DNA of 64,000 nucleotides from the human T2T-CHM13v2.0 reference genome, Homo sapiens. The stretch lies in the NCBI RefSeq assembly GCF_009914755.1, contig NC_060936.1; one strand, 5' to 3'. Positions 24,182-39,592 of the stretch are shown piece after piece (position 1 is the first letter of the stretch; each line of letters starts with the position of its first letter). Made by a program: the position numbers and the translations under genes. Under the pieces are notes generated by a model. The model made no database searches and was not told the origin of the DNA. It worked only from the letters and a program-made list of their open reading frames with translations.

Positions 24182-25250
24182 ATGCATTTATTTATTTAAC
24201 AAACACTGATTTAGTGCCTACTATGTGTTAGGCATTACCTCGGGCATTGGGGATATAACATCTAAATAAATGGAAAAATTCTCTGACTCATGGACTTTGT
24301 ATTCAAGTGGGTGAATCAGAAAATAATCAAATAAACAGAAAAACTGTATAATGTCATGAGGCAATAACTGCTCCAAAGAGCAACAAAACCAAGTAATAAG
24401 ATAGAATGTGATGAAGCATGCTACTCTGAGCAGACACCTGGCTGAAGTGAGGGAGTGAGACACACATATTTTCAGTGAGAGAGCACATCAGGCAGAGAGA
24501 AATGTGAGTGCAGTAACGACAAGACAAGATTTTGCTTGGATCAAGGATCAAGGAAGAACATTTAGAAGCCTGCTTGGCAGGCATGAGGAGCAGTGATGTG
24601 GATGGCAGGGTTGAGCAAGAGAAAAGAGATGAGATGGGAGAGATTGCTAGAACTCAGATCATGTGGGATTTTGTATCCCAAAGTAAGGACTTTGGATTTT
24701 ATTCTAAATGTGATGGGAAAACTTTGGAGGGTTTTCAGAAGAGGAGTGACATGATCTGGTTTGTGTATGTGTTGCTTTTGTTTGTTTGAGACAGGGTCTT
24801 GTTCTGTTGCCCAGGCTGGAGTGCAGTGGTACAGTCTTGGATCACGGAAGCCTCAACTTCCTGGGCTCAAGCATCCTCCCACCTCAGCCTTCTGAGTAGC
24901 TGGGATTACAGGTGCACGCCATCACACCCGGCTAAGTTTATTTTTTTGTAGAGACGATGTCTCACTATATTGCCTAGGCTGGCCCCGAACTCCTGGACTC
25001 AAGCTATCCTCCCCCACCAGCTGCCCAAAATATTGGGTTTACAGGTGTGAGCCACTGTGCCCTTCCTGATTTGTCTTTTAAATAACCTCTCTGGCTAATA
25101 TATAGATAATAATCTATACTAGGGTGAATATAATTGATATGAATCTCATGAAGATGAGACTAGGTAAGAGGGAATGGCAGTATCTCAGATGAAATTACTT
25201 GGCGGCTTGTACTAGGGTAGTTGCAGTGGTAAGAATGATTGAATTGATTT
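24182..25250 (-). mobile_element. L2 3' region (interrupted by Alu)
   Basis: 'tttatttaacaaacactgatttagtgcctactatgtg..', 'aaggactttggattttattctaaatgtgatgggaa'. Confidence 0.75.
24775..25066 (-). mobile_element. AluJ-like
   Basis: gagacagggtcttgttctgttgcccaggctggagtgc..gggctcaagc.. Confidence 0.9.
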
Positions 25251-25272
25251 GTGGATATGATACATTTGCAAA

Positions 25273-25755
25273 TATATTAGTTAGGGCTATCCAGAGAAAG
25301 AGAACCAATGAGAGAGACAGAAAGAGAGAGAGAGAGATAGGTTTATTATAAGGAATTGGCTCATGCGATTACGGAGCCTGACAAGTCCCAAGATCTGCAG
25401 TTGGCAAGCTGGAGACTCAGGAAAACTGATGGTGTAATTCCAGTCTGAAGGCTGCTGGCTTAAGACCTGGGAAGAGCCAATGTTTTAATTTGAGTCCCAA
25501 GGCAGAAAAACACTGATGTCCCAGTTTGAAAGCAGTCAGGCAGGAGGAGTGACCTCTTACTTGCGGACGGTTAGCCTTTTTGTTCTATTTGGGCCTTCAG
25601 CTGATGAGATGGGGCCCATTCACATTAGTGAGGGCAATCAGCTTTACTCAGTCTACCAATCCAAATATATCAGTTGCATGCAGAAACACCCTCATAGACA
25701 CACCCAGGAAAATGTTTGACCAAAATGTCTTGATACCGTGTGGCTCAGTCAAAAT
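25273..25755 (-). mobile_element. MLT2-like ERVL LTR
   Basis: tattagttagggctatccagagaaagagaaccaat..aggaattggctcatgcgatt..ctcagtcaaa. Confidence 0.85.
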
Positions 25756-27620
25756 AGGAAGAGTACCTAAGAAAGAATATCTATGAGAAAACCTAGAGAT
25801 ATCACCCTTTAAATGTGAAATTTTAAGTGTTCCTAGCAGCAAGAAAAGGATACTACTATAACTACTTGTGGTCAGTAGTATGTTGAAGCTCTCATCTAAC
25901 GCAATTCAAGAAGAAAGGGATTAAGTGATGTAAGATTTGAAAGAGAAGCAATAAAATTGTTCTCATTTTAAACAATGTTATTTGAAACAAAGAAAATCCA
26001 AGTGCTTTTCAACTACTGGAATGAATAAGAAAGCTTCGGAAGTTTATTAGACTCAAGTCAACATACCAAAATGATTGTCATTTCAACAAAACAATAATAA
26101 CAAGCTACAAAATCAAATAGAAAAAAACCTATAAAATACCTAAGGATAGACCTAATATATGATGGTTAAGATGTCTATGGGGAAAATAAAATGTTTTTGA
26201 AGAACAAAAATAATTAGATACAGAGATACACTTCTACATTCATGAATTGTAAATATGTTAGTCCCCTCCCCCACAATATTCTAGAAACTTAATAACATTT
26301 TAACCAAAATTCAAAAGAGACTTTATGGAACTTGACAAGTGAATCCTAAAATTAATATGGAAGCACAAAGAATCAGGAAGAGTCAAAAAATCTGAAGAAG
26401 AATAAGCTGGGGGCAGGGTGAAATTGGCCTGACCAAATACATCAAGAATTTATAGAGCTATAGAAAAGCAGACAGTGTGGTATTGGCACAGGAAGAGTCA
26501 AATAAACCAAAGGAACATAATAGAAAGCCCAGAAACAGATACTTGCATATGTGCAAACTTGAAATATGACCAACGTGGCACTATAAGTCTGTGAGGAAAG
26601 GCAGGACTAGTCAATAAATGGTACTAGAACAATTGCTTAACCATATGGAAGAAGTAAAATAAAATTGGATCCCATTCTCACACCATATACAAAAATAAAT
26701 TCCAGATGGATTAAAGATCTAAATGTTAAAACAGCTTTTGGTAAAACAAAAAAATATATGGACTATCTTCATAACGTTTATATGTGGAAAAATTTCTTAG
26801 ACAAGACACAAAAAGTAGAGCAAAATGTTGGTAAATTTGATGACACCAAGATCTTTTTTAAACTCTTGCGTTCAACAAAGTTACAAAACATAAAGTGAAA
26901 AAATAAACCATATCCTTTGAAAAGAGATTCACAACTCATATAAATGCTAAAGAATAAGCAAAATGTGAACAGGCAATTCAAGAGATAAGTAAATGAATAA
27001 TAAACATATGGAAAGATCCTCACCCTACTAATAATTAGGAAGATGAAAAAGAACAGTTAGACATCATCTCCACTTGGCAAAATTTAAATTCTAACAGTAT
27101 CAAGAGTTGTTATGGTTTAGAGTAACAATAGCTCTCATATACTGCTAGTAAGCATGTGAATTGGTACCACTACTTTGGAGAGCAATTTGAAATATCATAA
27201 AGTTGATGATGTTCATACTCTCCAACTTAGCAATTCTACTTCTAGATTTAGAACTTTAGGAAAATTTCATATGTGCAGAAGGAAATTGGTGTAACAATGT
27301 TTATTGCAGCATGGTTTCTAATGAAAAATATTTAAAAACAGAAATGTCATTTAATAAGATATAGATTAGGAAATTGTGATATAGTCATATAGTGGAATTC
27401 TATATAGCATTTAAAATGTGCACTAGAGATGCTTGTGTGAAGATGAATATCAAAGAAGTAAGATGACTGAAAAAGCAAGTTGTGGAATGATACATTCAGT
27501 AATATACTATTTATGTAAACTTTTGATACCAGCAAATATAGGCACATTATGTAGTACTATCTACATTGATAGATATATGTGTCTAGTAAATATATAAATT
27601 ATCCATGGGTCTTATAAAAC
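25756..27620 (+). mobile_element. Old L1M ORF2 3' part and 3'UTR
   Basis: 'ctcacaccatatacaaaaataaattccagatggattaaagatctaaatg' (TPYTKINSRWIKDLN). Confidence 0.8.
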
Positions 27621-28180
27621 ACTAAATCTATGACTATGGTGGGATGGCAAGACAATAATGAAATCAGGAAGGAATACTCAAACAATCTCAACCGTATCTG
27701 TTAAGTTTTCAAAAAACTGGAGCAAACATTGGCATTTTCTTTTGCTTTCATACAGCTGGGTGGTGAGTAGATGCAAGGGGATTCATGTTTTGCTATTTTC
27801 AGCAGAGGGCTGCCCTACCTCAGACAGAACTATTCACATCATAGTCAATGTGAAGGGTATCCTGTGGAGCTGTGTCCACAGCCTGCCTGGTAATATGAAG
27901 CAGTATGTTCTCATTTGTGTGTTTGAAATGTTTCAACATATTTTTTTAAATTTAATGAGGTGAAAAAGCAAAGCGCTTCACAGAGTGTATAGTATCCTAT
28001 TATTTGTTTTATACATTTATGCTTTTACAGGCATACCATCTTTCTGGAAGAATAACAACAAATTGCTACCAGTTGTGCCTGTTGTGTTTGACGGACAAGG
28101 CAATGAGAGAGACTTGTATTTACTGTATGCTCTTTTGTGGCCGTTGACTACATTATTCATTTTTAAAATAAAATAATATC

Positions 28181-28476
28181 AGGTCAGCCATGGTGGCTCA
28201 GGCCTATAATCCCAGCACTTTGGGAGGCCGAGGCTGGCAGATTAATTGAGGCCAGGAATTCGAGACCAACCTGGTCAACATGGCAAAACCCTGTCTCTAC
28301 TAAAAATACAAAAATTAGCTGGGCATAATAGTGCGCACTGGGTGCGACCAGCTACTTGGGAGGCTGAGGCAGGAGGTGGAGGCTACAGTGAGCTGAGATC
28401 ATGCTACTGCACTCCAGCCTAGGCAACAAAGAGAGACTCTGTCGCAAAATAAATAAATAAAATAAAAAATAAAATA
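28181..28476 (+). mobile_element. AluJ-like
   Basis: Dimeric Alu with an internal deletion and AAAT-type tail. Confidence 0.9.
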
Positions 28477-28674
28477 AGTACAAAAAGTATTTTTACTATG
28501 TACTTTTATTTTGTACTCTTCCATAAATTCTTTACCTGATAAGTCAACCCTCCCCAGAGGGTTCCCAATGTAATAACTTAAGAAAAAGTTTGAGTTTTAT
28601 GTGTGTGTATAAATAAACATGTATATGTTTCAGTATCTTTTTTATGTTTATAAGCCCATATATATGTACACACG

Positions 28675-30146
<1,472 letters not shown>

Positions 30147-31404
30147 CGTATACACACACACACACAACCATACCAGTCCAGGATGGTTTCCAGAAATTGA
30201 GAACTGAATTGGGTGGTTTTTAAAGGACACAGGACAACAGTCCCACTTCTCCATGCAAATACAATCAGTATCTTCTGGCCCCTCACCTGGCTTCTTGAAG
30301 ACCAGGACCATTACACATTTGTCTTTATATTCTCAGCATATGAAGCAGTGTTTGGTGAATGAATGAATAGACTAACACTTCTCAAGTTATTCTTTACATC
30401 TACAATATAATTGTCCACAGTCTACCATGTGTTTCCAGGATGAACGTTAAAGCACATCTGAGAAACCCTAACTATCCTCACGGAGGATGATTTGTTGGAG
30501 AATCAGACACTACAGTTTTCAAATTAAATATATTTCAATTAAAACGATGGAAACTGGAAGTACCAAAGTTATAAAACAATTTCCTATAATGGATATGTTC
30601 CTCTCAGTTGGGAATAAACTTAGAAGGTGAGGCTTGTCCTTGAAGGACTGTGGAGAAATTTTTAAATCCGAAAATAAATGAGCTGAACAGATTTCCCCTT
30701 CCTTCAAATTCTGAAGGCAAGCTACAGTTTTCATAAAGTACAAATTCAATACTGGAATTCACTGAGTTGAGTTTTTTTTGCTCCTGTTTCCTGTGTGGCA
30801 TCAACTTCAGGAGCTTTATTAAAACAGTGTGTCAGAGGCCTTGATGACTTAATGCCCAACTGGGTTTTAAAGTCTTAATTCTTCATTCAAATAGTAATTA
30901 AACTCCAAAGCTTAACTCAGTCAAGACTTTTTCTTTCTTTCTTCGAACAGGTAGCATGCTTGTCATGGCAGGGGGTTCCTAAACTCTCTAAGCCCTGATT
31001 AAAATATTTTTTACAAACACGGTACACAATCACCTGATATTATGTAGTTGCTTTTTTTTTTAATCTCATGGTAAAAATGTAAGCTGATAAGAGCAAAACT
31101 TTTTTTTTTTCTTTTTCACTAATTTAACCTACCAATTAATTTTACTGAAGATCTGTTTCCTTGGAAAAGCAACTCATACTTACTATAGAAAATTTGGAAA
31201 ATACAGGAAAATAGAAAGTATAAAATAAATAAAAGATCCATAGTCACTTAAAGATAATTCCTGTTGAAAGGTTAATACATTTTGTTTATTCACATTTAAT
31301 CATTCCTGCATGCACAGATTTTTGGTTTGGGTTTTACATCATTATGACACACTACAGTTAGCATCAGTTTTTGTTTGTTTATTTTGTTTGTTTAAAGAAA
31401 ATGA

Positions 31405-31692
31405 GGCCGGGCGCGGTGGCTCACGCCTGTAATCCCAGCACTTTGGGAGGCCGAGGCGGGCGGATCATGAGGTCAGGAGATCGAGACCATCCTGGCTAAC
31501 AAGGTGAAACCCCGTCTCTACTAAAAGTACAAAAAATTAGCCGGGCGCGGTGGCGGGCGCCTGTAGTCCCAGCTACTCGGGAGGCTGAGGCAGGAGAATG
31601 GCGTGAACCCCGGGAGGCGGAGCTTGCAGTGAGCCGAGATTGCGCCACTGCAGTCCGCAGTCCGGCCTGGGCGACAGAGCGAGACTCCGTCT

Positions 31693-31738
<46 letters not shown>
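31405..31738 (+). mobile_element. AluYb-lineage young Alu
   Basis: CpG-intact; 7-bp duplication 'gcagtccgcagtcc'; 'aacaaggtg'; pure A45 tail; TSD aaagaaaatga. Confidence 0.95.
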
Positions 31739-31740
<2 letters not shown>

Positions 31741-31894
31741 AAATGATACAAGCTAAAAACAGTTCCAGGTCAGTAGAGCTGACCTATATTTTATTTTTTA
31801 AAGCAAGATCAAATAAATCCATTTCGGTTGCATTTTTTTTGGCATGGTTCTTGATTAGTTTCTTTGGTTCTTTCTGATGTAGGTCTTAAAAGCT

Positions 31895-32195
31895 ACATGT
31901 TGTAGCAGAAAGAACAGAGACTTCAAAATTCTAGTTTCACCTCCTAGTAACTATGTCTTAGGTATGTTCTGTTTAACAAATATGTATGTGGTCCATATTT
32001 ATACATTTTTTTCTGTATGACACATATTATTATTTAATCTGCTTGAAGCAATGTACTTAACTTCTAGAAACTTCTGTTTTCTTACTCGTAAAATGTTAAT
32101 AATGTATTCTCCCTTGCAGGGTTAATGTAAGAACTAGAGAAAAAACATGAGAAGCATGTACTACCAAGTAAACATTCACTGAATGGTACCTATTT
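31895..32195 (+). mobile_element. MIR (interrupted)
   Basis: 'gtagcagaaagaacagagac..tacttaacttctagaaacttctgttttcttactcgtaaaatg'. Confidence 0.5.
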
Positions 32196-32409
32196 GAGTC
32201 AGTTAGAAAAATCCTCATAGATTTTAAACAGACTAGCCTCGAGTTACACAAATAAACACTATTAATGACAGAAATGAAAGTAGTAACTCCAAAGGATTAA
32301 TTCACTGCTGAAGACAGTATTTTTCATGAATCAACAAAAGGGCTTCTGAAAGATTTCAGACTATCTAGTCTTTGCTCATGAATTCTGTTTAAAACAAGAA
32401 AGTTGAGCC

Positions 32410-32645
32410 AAAAGAAGCAGAAGAATGAGGAGGGGGGTAGGAGGAGGCGGGAGAGGAGGAGGAGGAGGAAGTCAGGAAGGGATGGATAGGTAGGGTGAGA
32501 GAGGGAGAAGAAAGAAAAAAGAAAAGAAAAAGAAAGAAAGAAAAGAAAGAAAGAGAGAAGAAAGGAGGGAAGGAAGGAAAGTAAGGAAGGAAGGGGAATG
32601 AAGGAAGGAAATGAAGGAAAAGAAAGAAGGAAAGACAGAAAGATG
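32410..32645. repeat. GA-rich low-complexity tract
   Basis: (GAG)n/(GAAA)n/(GGAA)n mosaic. Confidence 0.9.
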
Positions 32646-32985
32646 GATTTGACTCTGACAGGAAGATTAAAGAAGTATACGCAGTATGAATTGATTAGAA
32701 GAAATTCAAGTGTCTATAATAGGTGAAGGATATAAAATCAAGGATAAGAGGAATTCTGCTATCAGAAGAGAAGGAAATATTAAAGGGTAGTTGCATAACT
32801 TGTGTCAGTAAAGGATGACCTGGTGAACCAATTCAGCTGGGTGGGGTGGTCACTATGATAGTATTTCTATAGACAGACCTTTCAGGGACAAAAGCAGACC
32901 CCCCTGCCCCCGCCACTAATTGCCCTTTCCTGACATGGAAATATGGGGAAAGTTTATGTTACCGCCAGTCCATTGGGTTACTTAC

Positions 32986-33098
32986 CTTCTGAGAATAGTG
33001 TGACCCTAGTGACAGTATATCGCTCACAAAAGCCTTAATGTTGGCCAAACTGTCATACCACTGCTAACCTCCATCTGATTTCCACCCCCAGAGCACCT
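32986..33098 (-). other. Candidate non-coding exon (strong splice signals)
   Basis: Minus strand: ctcctcttcctttcag|AGGTGC...CAGAAG|gtaagt; 113 nt; stops in all three frames. Confidence 0.3.
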
Positions 33099-35777
33099 CT
33101 GAAAGGAAGAGGAGTTCCAAGAAAGTGAGGCAGGGAAGCAGTGGTATGCCTTCTTCCTACTGAGGTAACTACTGATTATAATGAAATAACCTCATTGTTA
33201 GATTTGTCTCTCTAATTTTTTTAAATAAACACTACTGGAATTTTTTTTTAACTGTATGACAAAACATATTTATTCAGCAATACTAAGTTGCATTAACTTG
33301 GAATGTTGTTTTCTTTATTGTTTTTAAAAGAGATCCTTTTAAAAGGTACCCACTGTAAATATTTAATATGCATACAGTATGTAAAGTCTAGTGAAAAGAG
33401 GAAACTGTGATCTTGAATTTGGAGTCAGGCAGAGGGCTGCTGCAATATTCCTGTGAATCAGTGTCAAGACAGAAAGCCACACTTCGGCAGCTTTTCCTCA
33501 GATTCCTTCTCATGGAGACAATGCCCTTTTAACTATAAAGAAGTGGAAATTCATGTTAAGCTTTTCAACACAATTATTGAAACCTGTAGGTGATACTCCT
33601 GGCCTAACTCTGGTTTATAAATTTTGGTTTTATCTTTTTAAGAGCATTTCCTGCTGAGTGTATAGCCTACCAAATAAAAAGTATGTTCATTTTTATGGCA
33701 CATTTGAATGTTTTCTATTCCTTTCCTCTTCCTTTTGCTCCTCTCGGATAGGTTTGACGTGGTTCCATGTAAAAAATGGGCCAAAATCATGAAGGTCTTT
33801 AATTCTTACTGATTTTTTCCATTCCTTAACAACTATAATCAGAGTCAATTTAAACAAATTTTTAAGCTAGGTTGCTTTTTTCTTTCTTCTGAAATATGAA
33901 AATCTCCATCCTTACTTAGAGAATTTTCATCGGAGGTACTCCTCTCACGTATTGTACATTATTTCTTTTTATGAAATTTGGAAAACAGCAAAAAAGTCAC
34001 TGACAACAATAAACCTAAAGATACAAAAAACACAAAATCTTCAAGCATAATTAAGATAAAATTAGACGAGTAAGAAGGTAACATCAAAACAGAAAAGCAG
34101 TTTCTACATGAGGCCAAAAATAATTTTTAAAAATAATTAAATACAAAATAATGAAATGAGAAGGGAAGTAAAAAAATATAAAACACATTTGTAAGAAATC
34201 AATACAGTTAGTGAATAATAACTCTTAAAAGAGATGTATGCCAGAAGAGGCAGAAATTATAACAGTAGTTCTTTGTGATACCCTATTTCTACGTGTTTTC
34301 TGTAAGAATGAGGCTTTAATTATCAAAGGAATGTTTAAAATGAATTACTACATACATGTATTACCTAAAACAGTCTATTGTGAATACCATATATCAATCA
34401 TTTTATACCTTTGAAGAGTATACTTTGACATCCTCAAAGTGATCAAGAAGAATCAAATTCAAACCCCAGGGTATAAACAGTAAAAAGGAAAGGTCAGGTT
34501 GAATTTTTTTTCCCGTGTTTGTAATGGTGAGAGTGGGTTTAATTCTTGATTGAACAAAGTGAGCCTTTATTTTGATAGTTTCTCTTCTTTAGAAAATTGG
34601 ATGAAAACAGCTGACTTATAGCAGGCGAGAGAATTTCTTGCTGTAAGGAACACACATAATGCTTAATCAAATTTCTCATGGCTTAAGAAGTGCCACAGAA
34701 TTCTATACAGATAGGGTAGAATGCCAACTGGCTTGGGCACAAAGCTCCTAGCTTTGTTGAAAACATCCACACGCAGTGAAAATATGACATTTCTTTCAAT
34801 ATCTTCCTCTCTCTTTTTCAGTATACTGCAAACATTTTGATTATGGGTTTCACCCCATGGGCTGCCCAATTTACTAATAACATTACAAATACTGTAGTTC
34901 TAAATTCCTTGGCTTGTTTTAACTGGCATAACCTGTTTACTCTTCTTCCAAGAAATATTTTATGTCTAACTTTCTTCAAATTCTGATGCATACTGATAAC
35001 AAAAGGATCTCTAGTACTTTTTGTGTTTCAGATTAGAAAAGAAAAAAAAAGATATTCACACATCATGTATAGTCCAAAATAAGCAAAACTGAAATGCTTC
35101 AAGCATCTGGTTTGCTGTAGCTTTCAAAGTGCTCAGCCTTTAAAGGAGACTCCTTTTAAAAGGACCTTAACAATAGAATAAATTAAAGGAATAAAGATTT
35201 CTATTATGAGAAAATAAACAACTTTTTAAAAGCATTTACTTTCTTTTGGTTACCATGTACAGTAATTTTTTTTCCCATTCTTATTTAGAAACTAGTGACT
35301 AGAAAGTTCTTATTTCAGGTAACTGCAATACTATTTTCTTGGTTAATTAAAATGGTACTCTAGATTAAAAATTGATGATGACATGGTTTATTAATCTTAC
35401 ACTATGTTTAGCTTTCAACTGAAAAATAATATGCCATTAGTCTTCATTATTACATGGCCCAGAAATAGTAACACAGGTATTTTTTTCCTTTTTTTCAATT
35501 TCCAAAATATGTTTCTGTTTTAATTATGAAGCACTTATAAAATTATTTCTTTCATCATATAAAGAAAAAGTTGCAACATCAAATTCAAGATTTAGAGATT
35601 TGTCAATTTTTGCAACAAAATATTGAAATAATTGAAATCTAATTGTGTAGATGAAATAAAAATATATAAATGTGTGTTGAGATCCCTTATATGTTTGTTT
35701 TTTTTTTAAGCTAATTGCTGCCTTGGTAATTATAGGTACTTCAGATTTAGTTGTTGATCACACTGTTTTTTGTTTCG

Positions 35778-36043
35778 ATTTGTTTCGTTTTTTTTTTTTC
35801 TTTGAGACAGAGTCTTACTCTGTCGCCAGGCTGGAGGTATGCGATCTCAGCTCACTGCAACTTCTGCCTCCTGGGTTCAAGTGATTCTCCCGCCTCAGCC
35901 TCCCGAGTAGGTAGGATTACAGGCACGCACCACCACATCCAGCTAATTTTTGTATTTTTAGTAGAGCCAGGGTTTCACCATGTTGGCCAGGATGGTCTCT
36001 AACTCCTGACCTCCTGATCTGCCCACCTTGGCCGTGCCTGGCC
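35778..36043 (-). mobile_element. AluS with deletion
   Basis: gagacagagtcttactctgtcgccaggctgg..; 5' part shortened. Confidence 0.9.
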
Positions 36044-36282
36044 CACATTGGTTTTTTAAAGGGTTGTGTAACTATGCTGTGATAAGGCATTCCTTTAAGA
36101 AGAAAATTATAAAATTTTTAACTTCTAAATATCCTATACATGAATTAGCATCATTAATCACAAAACAAAGATATATTAAATTTCAGTGCTATAATAAAGG
36201 TGCTCCTTGTTTATAATTTTCCATTATTCAGAAAAATTTTATGTTACTAGCTTACAAATACCTTGGTAGGAATTTACTTTTG

Positions 36283-36440
36283 AGCTGGGTATGGTGGCAC
36301 ACACCTGTAGTCCCAGCTACATGGGAGGCTGAGGTAAGAGGATTGCTTGAGCCCAGGAGTTCAAGGTTGCAGTGAGCTATGATAGTATCTCTGCACTCCA
36401 GCTGGGGCAACAGAGAAAACCCTATCTAAGAAAAAAAGAA
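36283..36440 (+). mobile_element. Alu right monomer (FRAM-like)
   Basis: agctgggtatggtggcacacacctgtagtcccagctac..gagcccaggagttcaaggttgcagtgag. Confidence 0.85.
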
Positions 36441-38029
36441 GTTATCTTTGTATCTACCGTAACACATAGACACACAACCTTGTATATAGTGGGTGCTCCA
36501 TAAGTAACTGTTCTTTGAAAAAATGTAAACCCAGTATCATTTCATGTAAAATGATTTCATGCAAACTTTCCTGTTTGCTTCCCAGAAACAAACAAACAAA
36601 CAAACAAAAAACAGAAAACATTGTATTGAATAGGTCTGCCTCTGTCTGACCTTATTTCAACCCTGAGTACTTTGTCAGCCTTCAACACAGATTTTTCTCC
36701 AACTTCAGTGTTTGTTTGCTAATTAATTCATTCACATTTGGTGTTTCATTTATTTATGCTAATATACATATTCTCTATTCCTCCTAAGAGACCATTATGC
36801 AGATAGGATGATTATCTGATTTATATCAATGATCTAAGGACCAATATCTTTTATTTTCCTCCACTTTAATAGCTCTGGAAAAAAATTTAAAAAGTACCCT
36901 CCAGATGTAATAAAGGCAAAATTACACATCTATACCTTTTTCCCCTTAATATCTGATTTTTTTCAGAAATGAGCAAGTGGTTTCAAATGTAGAATAACAA
37001 AATTATCTTTTTAAAATATAACAGTCTTCATTCTAAAGGACTCTAGAATTCTAGACTCTAAAATGCACACACATCCAGAATTAAAATTCTATGGTTATGA
37101 AAAAGAACTCCAGCATATCCCCACCAACTGCATTTTACAGTACTCTTTGTACCAAAGAAACACGAATTATTGAGAATAACAGTTGGAATGGACCCCGCCT
37201 ATTCTTGCTTTGACAGTAAGAACAATAACAGTAGCACCTTCATTTTTAAGGAAGTATGAAAGAGTTTTTCCATCAATGTCCATTTTGTTTTTCGTCTATA
37301 GAAAAACTGTTTCCATGGAGATTACTGCTTACCTTCTCTCTACTAGTATTTGGCTGAGGTGATTGGCAAGTGCAACGTGTGCTAACAAAAGACATGGAGG
37401 TTCAAAGACCTGCCATGTGCATAAAACCCCCTGAAACCTAAGAAGGTAAGGATGGTTGAGTCAGTCAACCATCCTTATCTTCTTAATTAGCTACCCCCTA
37501 AAAACAGAACTTTAATAGTTACACACCCGTTTGCCAGCAAGCTGATCTGGTAAAAGCCAATGAGACAGAAAAGGCATTCAGAAGGGGATACACCCATGTC
37601 TACGTCCCTCCTCACTCTCTGACTCACTGCTACCTTGGGTATGCCATTAACAATTCTGGGCATCAGGTTGTTCAAATGAAACTTCTAACCAAGGTATTTG
37701 CTGACCACCTACCTCACAGAAGTATTGCGAGTCTCAGCTATTAAGCTATTATAAAGCAATCTAAGCACATGAAGTGCTACATAAGCACTAATGGTACTGA
37801 GTCAGTGAGGAAAGGGAGCACGCTGTACATTGAATCACCTGCATTGTTTCCTTCTTTCAGTCCTTTGTGGTAATTTCCTAAACAACAAAAAATGTGCCCT
37901 TCTAGGATGACTGGGTCTAAGCTTGCTCCTGGAAGGTAACTAAGATGATTGAATTGAAAAGTCACAAAGCTATGGGCCATATTATATTTTCAATTTGGGA
38001 AAATAGGTATTTTTGAATTAATAAACTTC

Positions 38030-38274
38030 ATTATTATTATTATTTTTATTATTGAGACAGGGTCTCACTCTGTTGCTCAGGCTGGAATGCAATGGTGTGA
38101 TTGCCACTGGGACTCCAGGTGTGTACCTGCACACCTTGCTTATTTTTAAACTGTTTGTAGAGACAGGTCACACTGTATTGCATTGGCTTATCTCAAACTC
38201 TTGGGCTCAATCGATCCTCCTGCCTCAGCCTCACAAAGTGCTGGAATTACAGGTGTGAGCCACCATACTCAGCC
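38030..38274 (-). mobile_element. AluJ-like with internal deletion
   Basis: (TTA)n tail, gagacagggtctcactc.., gggctcaa.., gtgagccaccat. Confidence 0.85.
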
Positions 38275-38277
38275 AAT

Positions 38278-38427
38278 AGACTTTTCAAAGAGTAGCTTTA
38301 GGTTTACAGAAAAATCCATCAGGAAGTACAAAAAGTTCTTGTACACACACCCTCCACCCCCACTACTCCCCAAACACAGTTTCCCCTATCATCTTGTATT
38401 AGTGTGGTACATTTGTTACAATTGATG
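38278..38427 (-). mobile_element. L1MC-like 3' end
   Basis: 'gagtagctttaggtttacagaaaaat..gtgtggtacatttgttacaattgatg'. Confidence 0.65.
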
Positions 38428-38928
38428 GTGTTTAGGACGGGCAACCCCAAAATACAGCATGTTGGCATTTGAGAAAACAGCAGAAGCAGGAAGGTCACTT
38501 TTACCCTCCCCTCATCTCTCCCGCCGGAAGCAGGTCAGAAAATCTAGGAAAGTCACTCTCTGACTTTCTCCCGCTCTTCTACCTTCTACCCTGAAGCAGG
38601 TCATAAGACCTTCAGGCGAAGGGTGCTCTCTCTAATACCAGAAGAAAAGAACATCCTTATCTCTGATGACCCAGGGATGCAGAGAAAAATATGAACAAAC
38701 AGACCTTGCTAAGTTCCCCCCAGTTTATTACCATTAGAGCATACCTCCTTTGTCCAATCATACTTTTCCACAACCATCCACCTCGTCTCAAACCTAAGCA
38801 TAAAAATGCACATTTGCCTGTTCTTTTGGGTCTTCATTTCTGAAGTCTCTTTTATGTAAAACTTAAATAAATATGTATGCTTTTTTCTTGTTAATCTGTC
38901 TTTTGTTATAGGTGTCTCAGCCATGAAA
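38428..38928 (+). mobile_element. ERV1 solo LTR (MER34/MER39-like)
   Basis: 'accccaaaatacagc..cagaagcaggaaggtcac..ccttgctaagttcccc..ttgttaatctgtcttttgttatagg'. Confidence 0.75.
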
Positions 38929-39592
38929 AGACTAGAATAAAAATGCTTATTATCCTAATTATCCAGAAAAGAAACAACAAACAGATAGAAATTTATGATG
39001 AAAGAATATTCTTCTGGGGAGCAAAAATTATTTCCAGCAAATAAGACAGGAAAAGCCCATAAAACTCTTGTCTGCAAGTGGTGGATGAAAGCCTGAGGTC
39101 AAACTGGGGGTGGAAATTTGAAAGACTGGGTCAGAGAAAAAGAAATTTTAAATGAACATTAGAGGAGGGGAATTTTGACAGTAATTAGTATCTTTCAAAG
39201 ACAAGAGCTTGCAAATGTTTGAACTGTAATTCCATGAAGTCAAAAGGAATCTTTGAGAAAAGAAATGTTCAACCAGCATACTGACTTTCTCATTTGATTA
39301 ACATTTTTGTTGTACAGAATCACCTAAATCTGCCCAGGGAAAGCCCTTTACATATTTCCCTCCATTAATTATCAGCTTGTGATTTATTGTAACTACCAGT
39401 GAAATATGCAGCATTGTGAATGAATAAAAAAGCATTTTTTGCGAGAGTTCTCATTTCTTAATGGGCCCCAGCAAGGAGCTTGCTTTTTTTAAAATAAAAA
39501 ACAAACTTGAAGGCCCTAATAATGAGATCACATAATAGAAAATAAATATATAAAATACCAGGCTTCACTGAATCTTAAGAAGTCATCAAGTC

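Noticed and set aside
34540-34870. ORF 34663-34869 with faint LRR-like words
   Set aside because: No periodicity or caps, and far upstream of the inferred ATG; cannot be supported.
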